From an uncultured virus (IMG/VR IMGVR_UViG_3300048503_000017) (taxonomy: Duplodnaviria; Heunggongvirae; Uroviricota; Caudoviricetes), in IMG/VR virus record IMGVR_UViG_3300048503_000017: 30,670 bases of DNA; one strand, given 5' to 3'. A model generated the notes under the pieces. The model was not told the origin of the DNA and ran no database searches. It worked only from the letters and a program-made list of their open reading frames with translations. Each line of letters opens with the position of its first letter. The stretch's first letter is position 1. The position numbers and the translations under genes are program-made. Positions 1 to 8,208 of the stretch are shown here, piece by piece.

Positions 1-101
1 TCCCGGTTGATGCGACCATCGTTACCGCTTGCCTTCACTGCCATACGGGCAAACGTAGACTTCCCGCTTGCGGGAAGCCCTTTGAGCATTGTCAGTTTCA
101 A
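1..101 (-). CDS. Polynucleotide kinase / AAA_33-type P-loop kinase, N-terminus only (runs off the window)
   Basis: Not in the ORF track. Manual translation from TTG at 101, with GGAGG SD upstream, gives MKLTMLKGLPASGKSTFARMAVKASGNDGRINRD. This has a Walker A GxPxSGKST followed by an RxNRD motif, as in T4 PseT-like kinases. Confidence 0.8.
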   Translation of the reverse strand, partial: MKLTMLKGLPASGKSTFARMAVKASGNDGRINR

Positions 102-211
102 GTCTTTCCCCTCCACACCGAGAATATCACCGATGTAGGCAGAATAGGGAATGAGCACTTCGGAACAGCCTCAAATGATTATCCGGCATCCTATTGGAGT
201 GAGGTACTCCT

Positions 212-382
212 ATGCTCAATATCATCTTGGTGATTCTGATGTTCCTCTGCGGCTTTGGCGGATATGCTATCCCAGCAACGCAGCCAGCCGGTTTCCGGTA
301 TGGTGTCGGACTTCTCGGCGCTGTGTTGTTTATCCTGTTCTGCCTCATCAACCTGGGGATAATTCATCCCGGTACGCTTTAG
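212..382 (+). CDS. Small two-helix membrane protein (56 aa), antisense to the main transcription direction
   Basis: Manual translation: MLNIILVILMFLCGFGGYAIPATQPAGFRYGVGLLGAVLFILFCLINLGIIHPGTL. Two hydrophobic stretches; GGAGTGAGGT SD at 196-205; stop overlaps the stop of the convergent tail gene. Confidence 0.7.
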   Translation: MLNIILVILMFLCGFGGYAIPATQPAGFRYGVGLLGAVLFILFCLINLGIIHPGTL

Positions 383-3300
383 TTTTCCACGATCAAGACT
401 TTCTCATAGCCGCGACCTTGGCAGAGAAATTTGGTCCAAAGACAAGTATCTTGCCACCACATGAAGTCGCCTGTTGAGGTTGCCACGAGCCTTATGGTGC
501 GGAATTGAATCCCAGGTAGACGCTGCCTGAGCGGGTTCCTGATGCCACCAGCCGTGGGCATAGTGAAGGTGAATGCTGCGGTTGGATTGCTGTCGTAATA
601 CACGCTTACAGTGATCGGGGCCGTGGCACTGTATTGGGCAAAAAAGTCTCGGCATATCTTGGAATCTGCCCCGCCGCAGTTCATATCGTAAGAATCTAGT
701 GTTTTGCGCGTCCTCGGCAGCACAAGGGCTTCCACGGCTGCCTGGAACAGGTAACTCCATGCGCTTACGTTCCCCGCAATCAAGAGCGAAATCTTGTACG
801 CTTGCTGCCCGAGTCCGGCATTCACTGGCAGGTTGATCTTGCCTCTCTGTGTGTTGTTGATCGTCCCGAGCGGAACCGTGATCTCCCCATCGTTGAAGAG
901 CACCGATACGTTGAGGGTTTGCCCTCCGGTGTTGCAGTCGATCTGCACCGCATTGTACTGCTTCTGGTTGGCAGGACTGCCTTGGAAACTGTACGCGGTC
1001 TGCAAATTGATTGCGATTGGGTTTGCGACGAGTACCCCCCCAGACGCTCCCTGATCGGTGGGCAGGTTTTGCCTGTCGATGTGGACGAGTCCGTTTGAGT
1101 CACCATAGAGCAACTGATTGGTGTCGGCTTCCAAGTAGATGCTCTGCGCGTCCGCATCGTCATTCCGCCAGCGATTCGCGTATTGCGTATGCATGATCAG
1201 TCTGTGGCGGTTTCCGTCCGTGCCGATGTACGAAAAGAAGAGCATCGAATTCCAGTAAGCTGCGACCGTCTGATTCAATAGACTCAGGTTCGCTTCTACG
1301 ATAGGGGAAGAGCCAACGGACTGTAGGAGAAACTCAATCGCCAAACTCAAATACTCTGAGTCTCCCCCCGCAAAGTCCCTGATACCGTCCACGGCCATGT
1401 AGTAGATGGCCTTCTCCGTGACGATATAACCGAACGGAGCGATGCACCCAAACTTACACTTTGTCGGATAAGGCGGCTGAGTTGCCGGAGAGTCTGGAGG
1501 AATCATCCACCATCCGCTCTTGACGCAGCTCACGAACACGTTCCCGGCATACGGCACCACCGCCGTAATGTAGTCATCCGGCGTCGAGACAATGACGTTG
1601 TTCGCCTCTCCCACGTACTGCGGCGCGTTTCCCGTTGAGAAGTAGAGCGTCGACGGGTTGTTTGGATCTCCCCAATACCAAGCCTTGTTGAAGGCAATCA
1701 CCATCCCGTAAACCGGCTGGCCTACCTTGATGCTCGCCTGGACTTGCTCTCCGATTGCATGAGTGTTCTGCACAAAAGCTGTAAAACCCACAATCTCTCT
1801 ATTGCCGAAGCCGCCAAAAATCACAGACAGAACCGTTACGGTTTCGAAGTTGTTAGAAATGGCCGTTGGGCTCCCCAGTGTTACCTGCTGGCGAACGACT
1901 ATTGGGATTGGAATAACGAAAACAGAAAGCGGCGTCCCCAGAGTCACAGTCGCAACTTGATTGGTGGTGTTGATTGCCATTCCAACCGTATTGTTTACCG
2001 GGACAGGAAGCAGACTCGGCACCGGAACGTCATTCGTAAACGAGACAAAATCCGCTCCGGCAAGCTGGTAGTCCGGCGTGGTTTCGGTGTACTGTACTAT
2101 CCCGCCGGCCGATATGGTGACCGGGATTTCATCCAGTCTCCTGAAGTTGTCTCCGAGCGTTCCCCCTCGTCTGTAGATTCTCAAATACCCGATCTGACCG
2201 TCCTGTAATTGCCCTGCGGGTCCGTAGGTAGTCACGTTCATGTTTAACAACACCGGCTGGCGCCGTGGGTAGACCCAGTTCGTCTGGTTTGGAGGATTCT
2301 GGTTCGTCATGATCGGTGACGGGTTCGATTCCGTTCCGTCGACCGGATTCAAGAACGTCCAAACGTAGTCGTAACCCACCCCACCAAGCGTGTCCGGGCC
2401 TGCCCCTCCGACGAGAAGCAGAGAAGCCATTTCAATGAGAACCGGAGCGGCGTTGTCGTTGGTGACAATTGTGATCTGATAGCCGGTGATGTTTGACCAG
2501 TTATCAGTGAGAGAGTTGAAGTCCGCATTTCCAGACCCTGCGAAGTCCGACAATTGAAGTAGAAACGCCGTCCATCCGCCTCCTGTATTCAATTGAGCGA
2601 TTCCACCTGACCCTGGGTTATAAAGCCCTAGAGAATCGTCAAGCAGTGCGTCTGTAGCGGCTGTCGTAGCGTCCGTGGAGTTTGATGAAGCTGTCGTCAG
2701 AAGATTCTGTAACGGGCCTTGAGCGATGACTTTGTAGAACGTTGATCCATCTCCCAGGGTAAAAGACAACTGGATCGATTGAACTTGGGTTGGATCGCTC
2801 ACGTAGAGTTGAAAACTGATGTAATCGGCCTGTTGAAGAGTCGTCGGCCAAGCCGACACAGGAGTTCCAGTAAAAGCAAGAGCAACCGTACCCGTTGTGG
2901 AAGCCGCTACGGTTCCAGACCACCCATATTGCTCTACCAGTGCCCCCGTCAAATGGGTCTTCGTGAAATTAGCAATGAACCCCGTTGTGGTTAATCCGAC
3001 AACAAGTACAGTTTCCTGACTCGCTCCGGTATCAACTATCAGAGAAGCGTACAACGTTACCGGAGCTATACTTCCATTGGAAAATGGAACCGCTTGAAGC
3101 CCAGGAACCGTGATTGCCGCTGTGGTGTTTCCCGTGATCCCAACATTGTAGTTTCCAGTAAAAGCACCCATTCCAGAAGTTGTATAAGAGGATGATATTG
3201 ATGGGTCGAGAACGATGGAATCTGGCTCTTGTACGGATGCTTGCACGGGGAACTGCGGGGGAAAAATACCGTTTTGTTGCGGCGCTGAAAAGGTTCCGTT

Positions 3301-3735
3301 GTCCTTGAACATGCCAAGGCTGTCGCTGATGAAGGCATAATTGCTTGAAGTCCAGTCGGTGTTGGTGTAAGACGCGAACGAGCACGGCTTCCCACTCAGA
3401 GACGATGAAATCTTTGTGTATGCGCCCGGTGCGGTCCCGCTCCGTCTCCAGAGGTTCCCCGCCGAATCAACAGCGTACCTATACGCCGCCCCAAAAAGCC
3501 CCCCGAGCTTAAAAAGGCTGACAATCTTCCCCGATAATGGGTAGACAGGACTTCCCACGGTCCCGCCGCTATTGTTTACAAGGCTACCTAATCTTTGTGC
3601 CCATGCTCCTTCGGCCAACTCTTCGCAATTATCGGCGTTAAGCATAGAGTTGGGCGGGAGCAAATCATCGACCGCTCTCGCTGCTATGCCAACAGAATTG
3701 AAAATCAGAGGAAATTCCCGGTACTGGCTGTCCAT
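379..3735 (-). CDS. Large virion tail protein, probably tail nozzle / DNA-stabilisation type (P22 gp10 / T7 gp12-like) with inserted beta-rich domains
   Basis: 1118 aa, Thr/Ser/Gly-rich. Has beta-propeller-like segments (AWYWGDPNNPSTLYFS, FGCIAPFG, IYYMAVDGIRDF), a GTESNPSP...LRIYRRGG motif, and lies downstream of adaptor-like genes. Confidence 0.65.
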   Translation of the reverse strand: MDSQYREFPLIFNSVGIAARAVDDLLPPNSMLNADNCEELAEGAWAQRLGSLVNNSGGTVGSPVYPLSGKIVSLFKLGGLFGAAYRYAVDSAGNLWRRSGTAPGAYTKISSSLSGKPCSFASYTNTDWTSSNYAFISDSLGMFKDNGTFSAPQQNGIFPPQFPVQASVQEPDSIVLDPSISSSYTTSGMGAFTGNYNVGITGNTTAAITVPGLQAVPFSNGSIAPVTLYASLIVDTGASQETVLVVGLTTTGFIANFTKTHLTGALVEQYGWSGTVAASTTGTVALAFTGTPVSAWPTTLQQADYISFQLYVSDPTQVQSIQLSFTLGDGSTFYKVIAQGPLQNLLTTASSNSTDATTAATDALLDDSLGLYNPGSGGIAQLNTGGGWTAFLLQLSDFAGSGNADFNSLTDNWSNITGYQITIVTNDNAAPVLIEMASLLLVGGAGPDTLGGVGYDYVWTFLNPVDGTESNPSPIMTNQNPPNQTNWVYPRRQPVLLNMNVTTYGPAGQLQDGQIGYLRIYRRGGTLGDNFRRLDEIPVTISAGGIVQYTETTPDYQLAGADFVSFTNDVPVPSLLPVPVNNTVGMAINTTNQVATVTLGTPLSVFVIPIPIVVRQQVTLGSPTAISNNFETVTVLSVIFGGFGNREIVGFTAFVQNTHAIGEQVQASIKVGQPVYGMVIAFNKAWYWGDPNNPSTLYFSTGNAPQYVGEANNVIVSTPDDYITAVVPYAGNVFVSCVKSGWWMIPPDSPATQPPYPTKCKFGCIAPFGYIVTEKAIYYMAVDGIRDFAGGDSEYLSLAIEFLLQSVGSSPIVEANLSLLNQTVAAYWNSMLFFSYIGTDGNRHRLIMHTQYANRWRNDDADAQSIYLEADTNQLLYGDSNGLVHIDRQNLPTDQGASGGVLVANPIAINLQTAYSFQGSPANQKQYNAVQIDCNTGGQTLNVSVLFNDGEITVPLGTINNTQRGKINLPVNAGLGQQAYKISLLIAGNVSAWSYLFQAAVEALVLPRTRKTLDSYDMNCGGADSKICRDFFAQYSATAPITVSVYYDSNPTAAFTFTMPTAGGIRNPLRQRLPGIQFRTIRLVATSTGDFMWWQDTCLWTKFLCQGRGYEKVLIVEN

Positions 3736-3747
3736 ATCGAAAGAGTA
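3736..3747 (-). promoter_or_regulatory. Putative -10 element for leaderless transcript of tail gene
   Basis: TACTCT, 6 nt, then ATG; no SD upstream. Confidence 0.45.
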
Positions 3748-3823
3748 CCGCTAAGAGGTTTGGTTTTCTAGGGGAATATATAGGCACTCTTCCAAACAGA
3801 CTTAACCACCAACTCGTCGTCGC

Positions 3824-4003
3824 TCACGCCTCCTGCCTAACCAGCGGCCTTCTGCTGGCCTCCTGCATCCGTCTGACAATCTCGTTCAAGCACTGCTCCT
3901 CACGCCGCTTCGCGTAGCCGTTCTGCGGGTCTTGAGTGAAAGACTCCATTGCGTCTGTCCACTCTTCGTAAAGACGATTATTGCTCAAGCTCTGAAGGTT
4001 CAC
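3824..4003 (-). CDS. Hypothetical protein (59 aa)
   Basis: Manual translation from GTG: MNLQSLSNNRLYEEWTDAMESFTQDPQNGYAKRREEQCLNEIVRRMQEASRRPLVRQEA. AAGGT SD upstream; fills the gap co-directionally. Confidence 0.6.
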   Translation of the reverse strand: MNLQSLSNNRLYEEWTDAMESFTQDPQNGYAKRREEQCLNEIVRRMQEASRRPLVRQEA

Positions 4004-4012
4004 TGACTACCT

Positions 4013-4027
4013 TTCCAAATTTTGGAA
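4013..4027. repeat. Dispersed palindrome copy 1 (TTCCAAA-T-TTTGGAA)
   Basis: Perfect dyad directly after the stop of 4028..4474. Confidence 0.9.
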
Positions 4028-4474
4028 TTACTTGCGGTCGATTCCGAACAACTCGGGAGCGAACATCGCATCGTAAGATGGACCGCCGTGGTCCGTAAGG
4101 CCCCACTTGGCCTCAATAATTTCTCCATCTCTAGGGCCTCTCCTGATTCTCTCAAGTTCCTCTTCCGGCCCCAAGCGGATTATCGAGGATAGCCACGAAG
4201 CATTCAGAATAAAGAGAATGATTCCGGGTTGCTTTCCGGCGAAGTCGAGCCACGTTCGCGGCAGTTCTGGGATTTTCCAATTGTCCGGGTTGGAAAGAAC
4301 ATACTGCTGCCAGGGAAAGACGCGGCTTGTGTTTCCGCCATATCCCAGTGTTCCTAAACGGAACACGTCTGATAGGTCTTGGTGAATGCGGATGCAAAGC
4401 TCACGCCCTATACGACCCAAACCTGTAGGGGAAGTAACTGCATCGGAAATGACGAGAAACGGTATCTGTGACAT
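4028..4474 (-). CDS. Glycosyltransferase (GT-B/GT4-like) N-terminal fragment with unrelated C-terminal tail; possible pseudogene
   Basis: FLVISDAVTSPTGLGRIGREL resembles the first strand-loop-helix of GT-B enzymes. Only 148 aa, with no C-terminal nucleotide-sugar-binding domain. Confidence 0.5.
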   Translation of the reverse strand: MSQIPFLVISDAVTSPTGLGRIGRELCIRIHQDLSDVFRLGTLGYGGNTSRVFPWQQYVLSNPDNWKIPELPRTWLDFAGKQPGIILFILNASWLSSIIRLGPEEELERIRRGPRDGEIIEAKWGLTDHGGPSYDAMFAPELFGIDRK

Positions 4475-4480
4475 TCTTAC

Positions 4481-4493
4481 TCCAAAATTTGGA
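4481..4493. repeat. Dispersed palindrome copy 2 (TCCAAA-A-TTTGGA)
   Basis: Lies between the stop at 4497 and the ATG at 4474; its end supplies the GGAG SD. Confidence 0.9.
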
Positions 4494-4496
4494 ATC

Positions 4497-4979
4497 CTAC
4501 AACTGTTTCAGGCTGATCTTGCCGCCGTTCTTGTTGATGAGTCCAGCCTTCCACAACTGACTTACAACTCCAGCCACGCTCCCCTGAGCGCACTTTGCAT
4601 GAAGCCGCAACTGTGTTTGAGATAGTTCTCCGTGGAGCATAAGAGCGTCGATGAATCGAGCAGGAATACCCGGCATTTTCCTCTTCCAATCTTCCCACAC
4701 TGCGGCTTTGCGAGGATCAAGTCCCGAGGCAGATGCCATCTCTCCCTGCACACCTGTAGCCTCAATCTCTCCAAAGATCATTTGCAAGCCACTGTAGACA
4801 GGCGTGAGAGCTTCACGTAAACGAGAAACCCCACGCTCCATCGTTGCGGTTTTCTGCCGCTCCTTGCGTAGATCGTCCTGCGCGTCCTCAAGTTGATTCC
4901 GTAGATCATCAATCTCTTGCTGAAGTTGATGGACTCTCTTAAGCGGGTCCGGTAGCGAACTAAGAATGGACAGACTCAC
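4497..4979 (-). CDS. Coiled-coil protein with C-terminal winged-helix-like DNA-binding domain
   Basis: Start moved to GTG 4979 (GGAGGT SD). Heptad-rich N-half; C-terminal FIDALMLHGELSQTQL...SVAGVVSQLWKAGLINKNGGKISL fits a wHTH pattern. Confidence 0.6.
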   Translation of the reverse strand: MSLSILSSLPDPLKRVHQLQQEIDDLRNQLEDAQDDLRKERQKTATMERGVSRLREALTPVYSGLQMIFGEIEATGVQGEMASASGLDPRKAAVWEDWKRKMPGIPARFIDALMLHGELSQTQLRLHAKCAQGSVAGVVSQLWKAGLINKNGGKISLKQL

Positions 4980-5574
4980 TGGAACCTCCTGTAAGTTTTG
5001 CTCTGAATGCGCCAAGGGTTTGCGTGAGGATTGCAGGTGCCCCAACTCGTTCAAGGCCGCGAATATAAGAGAATGCCAGCCGCAGAGCGCAAAGATTCAA
5101 CCGCGCCTCCGTGTACTGGTCAATCGCCATCACATACTCGTGTCGATGATCGTGCGTTCCAAGAATCCATGCCTTCGCCTGTTGACGCCACTCGGACAGC
5201 TTCTTAAACAATGCAGGATCGCCGCCACCTGGGGAGTCGGGGTGGGCCTTCCTTGCGCGGTCGCGGAATGCCTCGTCAATCTCAGCCAGCGTCGGCGCAG
5301 GGCTTTCGAGTCCCAACCCCTGCTGCCAAGAGAAGTCCTCCTTCTTCATTGACCACCATACCGACACGCCAGGGTCGAGACGATCACCCTCAGAGCGGCA
5401 GACGAGGATTGACGTTGCTTCCATCTTGTCAAGTTCGCTGGCAAGCATATCTCGGTATTGACCCCACGACTTCTTCCATGAGTGTTGCGGTTTGCGCTCC
5501 TTGATGCGCGTTCGTTCGCATCCATCCGGCCACTTCAACTTACATTCCTCAATCAGATCGACTTTCTTAGGCAT
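4960..5574 (-). CDS. Phage J-domain (DnaJ-like) protein
   Basis: LGLESPAPTLAEIDEAFRDRARKAHPDSPGGGDPALFKKL is a J-domain with the HPD motif; N-terminal LKWPDGCERT resembles phage J-domain families. Confidence 0.8.
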   Translation of the reverse strand: MPKKVDLIEECKLKWPDGCERTRIKERKPQHSWKKSWGQYRDMLASELDKMEATSILVCRSEGDRLDPGVSVWWSMKKEDFSWQQGLGLESPAPTLAEIDEAFRDRARKAHPDSPGGGDPALFKKLSEWRQQAKAWILGTHDHRHEYVMAIDQYTEARLNLCALRLAFSYIRGLERVGAPAILTQTLGAFRAKLTGGSSESVHS

Positions 5575-5737
5575 CCTCTTCCCCCTCTACAAACCGCTCC
5601 CCGCAGTCCTCGCAAACGTACTGTCCCTCACCAACAATGGTCAGATCGTCGCTGCCACATTCAGGGCACACGGGAATATCTTCTGGCCCCTCGTCAAGAT
5701 CATCGTCGAACTCGTCATACTCAAACGCGCCTCTCAC
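5567..5737 (-). CDS. Small acidic zinc-ribbon protein
   Basis: CPECGS...YVCEDCG; likely GTG start at 5737 overlapping the upstream TGA. Confidence 0.6.
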   Translation of the reverse strand: MRGAFEYDEFDDDLDEGPEDIPVCPECGSDDLTIVGEGQYVCEDCGERFVEGEEDA

Positions 5738-5853
5738 TTGACCACCGGAACTCTCTTGCAACGCACACAGGCCAGATGAAGCCGGTACGGATTGTGCCGG
5801 TCCCTCACTGGCCTTGGCTTGCAGCCGAATAGTTTGCAAATCAATCGCTTCAT
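5734..5853 (-). CDS. Small Cys-rich protein (39 aa), DUF1660-like, probably leaderless
   Basis: Manual translation: MKRLICKLFGCKPRPVRDRHNPYRLHLACVRCKRVPVVK. Preceded by TATTCT, 6 nt, then ATG. Confidence 0.55.
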   Translation of the reverse strand: MKRLICKLFGCKPRPVRDRHNPYRLHLACVRCKRVPVVK

Positions 5854-5869
5854 GTAGGCAGAATACACC

Positions 5870-6628
5870 TTAAACCGTTTCTGTGGGGAACTCGTGAATC
5901 AGCAAGTGAGCGGGGATCAAAGCAGCACCTTCCGCTGACGTTCTTGCGCCCATCTGCTTCATCCAAAACTTACTGCCGTTGGCTTTGCACTCTCTCTGCA
6001 CATCCTCGGCCCACTTCTGTTCCATCGGTCTGCGTCCGGCTCCGCTCTCTGCTCCGCATATCACCCAATCCGGCACAATCGCCCACTGACCCATCCCGTT
6101 TATTTGCAGCGGCCCAAGAGCTGGTTCATAGCTGATGAATGTTGTCAGGTCGCGTCCGAGAGCAGCCCGGTACAGATACGGCCAGCGAAGATCATAGTTT
6201 TTCTGATCCTCTGTCGACGTTCCGAGCCACACGTTGCCGTGCTTGAATTCTTGCGGCAGGTACTTAGCATACCGTTGTGGTCGCTTTGTGAGGAGTTGCC
6301 AGATGAGGTTCGGCGTGTTGTCGATCAACCCCCAAAGTCGCTCACGCTGACCGGCCGGTGCCTCGTCATCCATCACATCTGCCATCGAAGCGCAGAACAC
6401 CCTCCACGGATTCCCTGACTTCTTGGCAAGCCGATCCCATTTCAACGGCTCTTTCCAGTAAGCGTCACTCATCACCTTACGAGGAACTCCCTTACCCCAA
6501 TGCGGATCTCCAAACCGTTTGTCGAGTGTCTCCGCGTAGCAGTTGTCACACCCTGGAGAAATTTTTGTACATCCATGCCACGAATTAAAAGTTGAGTGGC
6601 ACCAAGAAATACCTGTTTCCTGTCCCAT
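5870..6628 (-). CDS. Phage Gp37Gp68 / DUF5131 family protein (radical-SAM-like Fe-S fold)
   Basis: TGISW...TFNSWHGCTKISPGCDNCYAE, RVFCASMAD, QLLTKRP, NVWLGTS, FISYEPALG, DWVICGAESG, FWMKQMG. Confidence 0.92.
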   Translation of the reverse strand: MGQETGISWCHSTFNSWHGCTKISPGCDNCYAETLDKRFGDPHWGKGVPRKVMSDAYWKEPLKWDRLAKKSGNPWRVFCASMADVMDDEAPAGQRERLWGLIDNTPNLIWQLLTKRPQRYAKYLPQEFKHGNVWLGTSTEDQKNYDLRWPYLYRAALGRDLTTFISYEPALGPLQINGMGQWAIVPDWVICGAESGAGRRPMEQKWAEDVQRECKANGSKFWMKQMGARTSAEGAALIPAHLLIHEFPTETV

Positions 6629-6652
6629 AAACCCTCCATATTAGGAACTGTA

Positions 6653-6922
6653 TCATGTTGGCAGATTCGTGTTGTCAGGCCAGATTACCCTCCCGCAAGG
6701 CATCGTAAACTCCCTCGGGTCGGAAACCGACTTCTCAACCGTAACCAGAGCCCAGGCCGGACAGGTCTCACACTCGATCTTGTACGAGCCTCGGTCTGGA
6801 GCCTCTGGCAGCTTCACCGTACACTCGGTTCCTGAGCACGTACTCTTCGGTCGTTCGCGGCCTAGCCAACTCTTCCGGTCTGGGGAGGTAGCGCCGATGA
6901 AGTAGAGTTTGTGGTCATTCAT
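6653..6922 (-). CDS. Hypothetical Cys-containing protein (89 aa)
   Basis: Start moved to ATG 6922 (ATGA overlap with upstream stop); contains CETC and further Cys. Confidence 0.55.
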   Translation of the reverse strand: MNDHKLYFIGATSPDRKSWLGRERPKSTCSGTECTVKLPEAPDRGSYKIECETCPAWALVTVEKSVSDPREFTMPCGRVIWPDNTNLPT

Positions 6923-7305
6923 TGGGACCGTTCTCCCGCGTATACAAACTCGTGCGATAGAGCCACAATGTCGTCCTCTTCTCCATCTAAGGAAACTCTC
7001 ATGCGAGCTACGTCTCGCGTAATGATGTTTACCAACTGCGGATGATGTGGGCACTCCGCGCCTTCGGTCCTGCCGAAAATCTCGCACAAGGCTGGCCGCA
7101 CCGGATACACCGCGCATGTCCAATTCCGCGTGTCCACAAAAGCGCAAGTCAACTTCCCTCTCTTTTGCGCCTTTAGCACCGCGTACTCTTCAGCCGGTAC
7201 GCTCGCCAGATGTTTTTCAATTGCCGCGAGACGATGCGCCGACAAAGGGACTATGCCGCAACAGTCGGCATGGCAAGTCGAGCATGGCAATTTATCACTC
7301 ATCAT
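6919..7305 (-). CDS. YkgJ / CxxCxxCC (flagellin N-methylase-like) Fe-S cluster protein
   Basis: CSTCHADCC...CAFVD....CAVYPVRPALCEIFG; start at ATG 7305 behind GGAG. Confidence 0.85.
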   Translation of the reverse strand: MMSDKLPCSTCHADCCGIVPLSAHRLAAIEKHLASVPAEEYAVLKAQKRGKLTCAFVDTRNWTCAVYPVRPALCEIFGRTEGAECPHHPQLVNIITRDVARMRVSLDGEEDDIVALSHEFVYAGERSQ

Positions 7306-7505
7306 TGGTTCTCCAAATTTTGGAGTCGGCTTGCCGCGTCCTTCCAAGCCTCTTCATCGGTCCAGTGGATGCCGCTTAGGAACACGTAGCCAACCAATGC
7401 AGGCGGGTCCGACTGCTCCCGTGGACGGCGTATCTCGACACGCGACCTGCGCCAATATAAATACGCTGTCGGGTATTTACTAAAGACCTTTTCCTGATAT
7501 GTCAT
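7302..7505 (-). CDS. Hypothetical protein (67 aa)
   Basis: GAGG SD, ATGA overlap with the next gene, C-terminal TDEEAWKDAASRL. Confidence 0.6.
   Translation of the reverse strand: MTYQEKVFSKYPTAYLYWRRSRVEIRRPREQSDPPALVGYVFLSGIHWTDEEAWKDAASRLQNLENQ
7311..7325. repeat. Dispersed palindrome copy 3 (CTCCAAA-T-TTTGGAG)
   Basis: Overlaps the SD of the YkgJ-like gene. Confidence 0.9.
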
Positions 7506-7594
7506 GGTTCCTCGCGTATTCCACTACTCTTGCTTTTACGGTCGCTGCGCTAGGCTTACAAGGCTCGCTACTGCGTAGCGGCCTTGTGGGGAAT

Positions 7595-7704
7595 GTTTCT
7601 GCTTCTGTCATTTGCCTCTGCCTCTGTAATGTGCATCTGCTTTCTGCCTCTGCTTTCTGCTATGTGTGATGTTACGGTAACGTAACGCTACGTAACGCCG
7701 TTAC
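7595..7704. repeat. Iteron-like short repeats (GTAAC/GTTAC and RCAGAR hexamers); candidate replication origin or relic
   Basis: gttacg-gtaacgtaacg-ctacgtaacgccgttacg at 7671-7704, and tandem GCAGAA/GCAGAG/ACAGAG hexamers on the minus strand at 7595-7660. Confidence 0.55.
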
Positions 7705-8131
7705 GATATTGCTTCCTTCGCTCTCGAAGTTTTCTTTGTCGGTCAGCGGCAGTATGGTCTTTGTCCCTATATTTCATGAAGTTAAGGATTAAAAAGCCGC
7801 CGTCAGTACGAATCATTCGCCTGCCATCGAACTCCGTTGATCGGCTTTCAATCTCAGGTTCCCCCAACCTTCGAAGAGCATCTAAGCCAGCATCTTTGTC
7901 GACGCCGGCCCGGTTAATGATTCCAAGGCTTGCGGCTGGTACGAAGCCGTACCAACCTGGGGGAGCCTCGAAGTCGGTGAATTCCAACTGACCAACCTCA
8001 ATTTGTCGAGTGGGATCTTTGAACTCTCTTGGTTCTGCCATTAGAAGAGCTGTGATGAAGATTTCTCTGAGGTCGCGTTCAATCCAGAGCGTAGAATCGA
8101 GGATTTTGGTGTCGAGTTTTACGAATGCCAT
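7688..8131 (-). CDS. Phage replication-initiator / replisome-organiser-like N-terminal domain, apparently truncated
   Basis: MAFVKLDTKILDSTLW...FITALLMA...EPEIESRSTEFDGRRMIRTDGGFLILNFMKYR...ADRQRKLRER matches the typical phage initiator N-terminus. The ORF stops at TAG within the VT-repeat linker. Confidence 0.7.
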   Translation of the reverse strand: MAFVKLDTKILDSTLWIERDLREIFITALLMAEPREFKDPTRQIEVGQLEFTDFEAPPGWYGFVPAASLGIINRAGVDKDAGLDALRRLGEPEIESRSTEFDGRRMIRTDGGFLILNFMKYRDKDHTAADRQRKLRERRKQYRNGVT

Positions 8132-8166
8132 TCGCACAAAGTAACACCTGTCACTCCGTTACGCAA
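8132..8166 (-). promoter_or_regulatory. Sigma70-type leaderless promoter of rep-like gene, overlaid by three GTNAC boxes
   Basis: TTGCGT (8161-8166), 17 nt, TACTTT (8138-8143) with extended TG, 6 nt, ATG. GTAAC, GTGAC and GTTAC overlap the -35, spacer and -10. Confidence 0.65.
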
Positions 8167-8173
8167 GACATTT

Positions 8174-8202
8174 TTGCAGCATTTGTGGAAGTCTGGTATG
8201 AT
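8174..8202 (+). promoter_or_regulatory. Sigma70-type promoter, divergent from rep promoter
   Basis: TTGCAG (8174-8179), 17 nt, TATGAT (8197-8202) with extended -10 TGn. Confidence 0.7.
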
Positions 8203-8208
8203 TCTTTT

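Noticed and set aside
127..477. ORF-track calls 127..351 (-) and 151..477 (+)
   Set aside because: No SD and implausible composition; the 212..382 membrane ORF and the 1..101 kinase start explain the region better.
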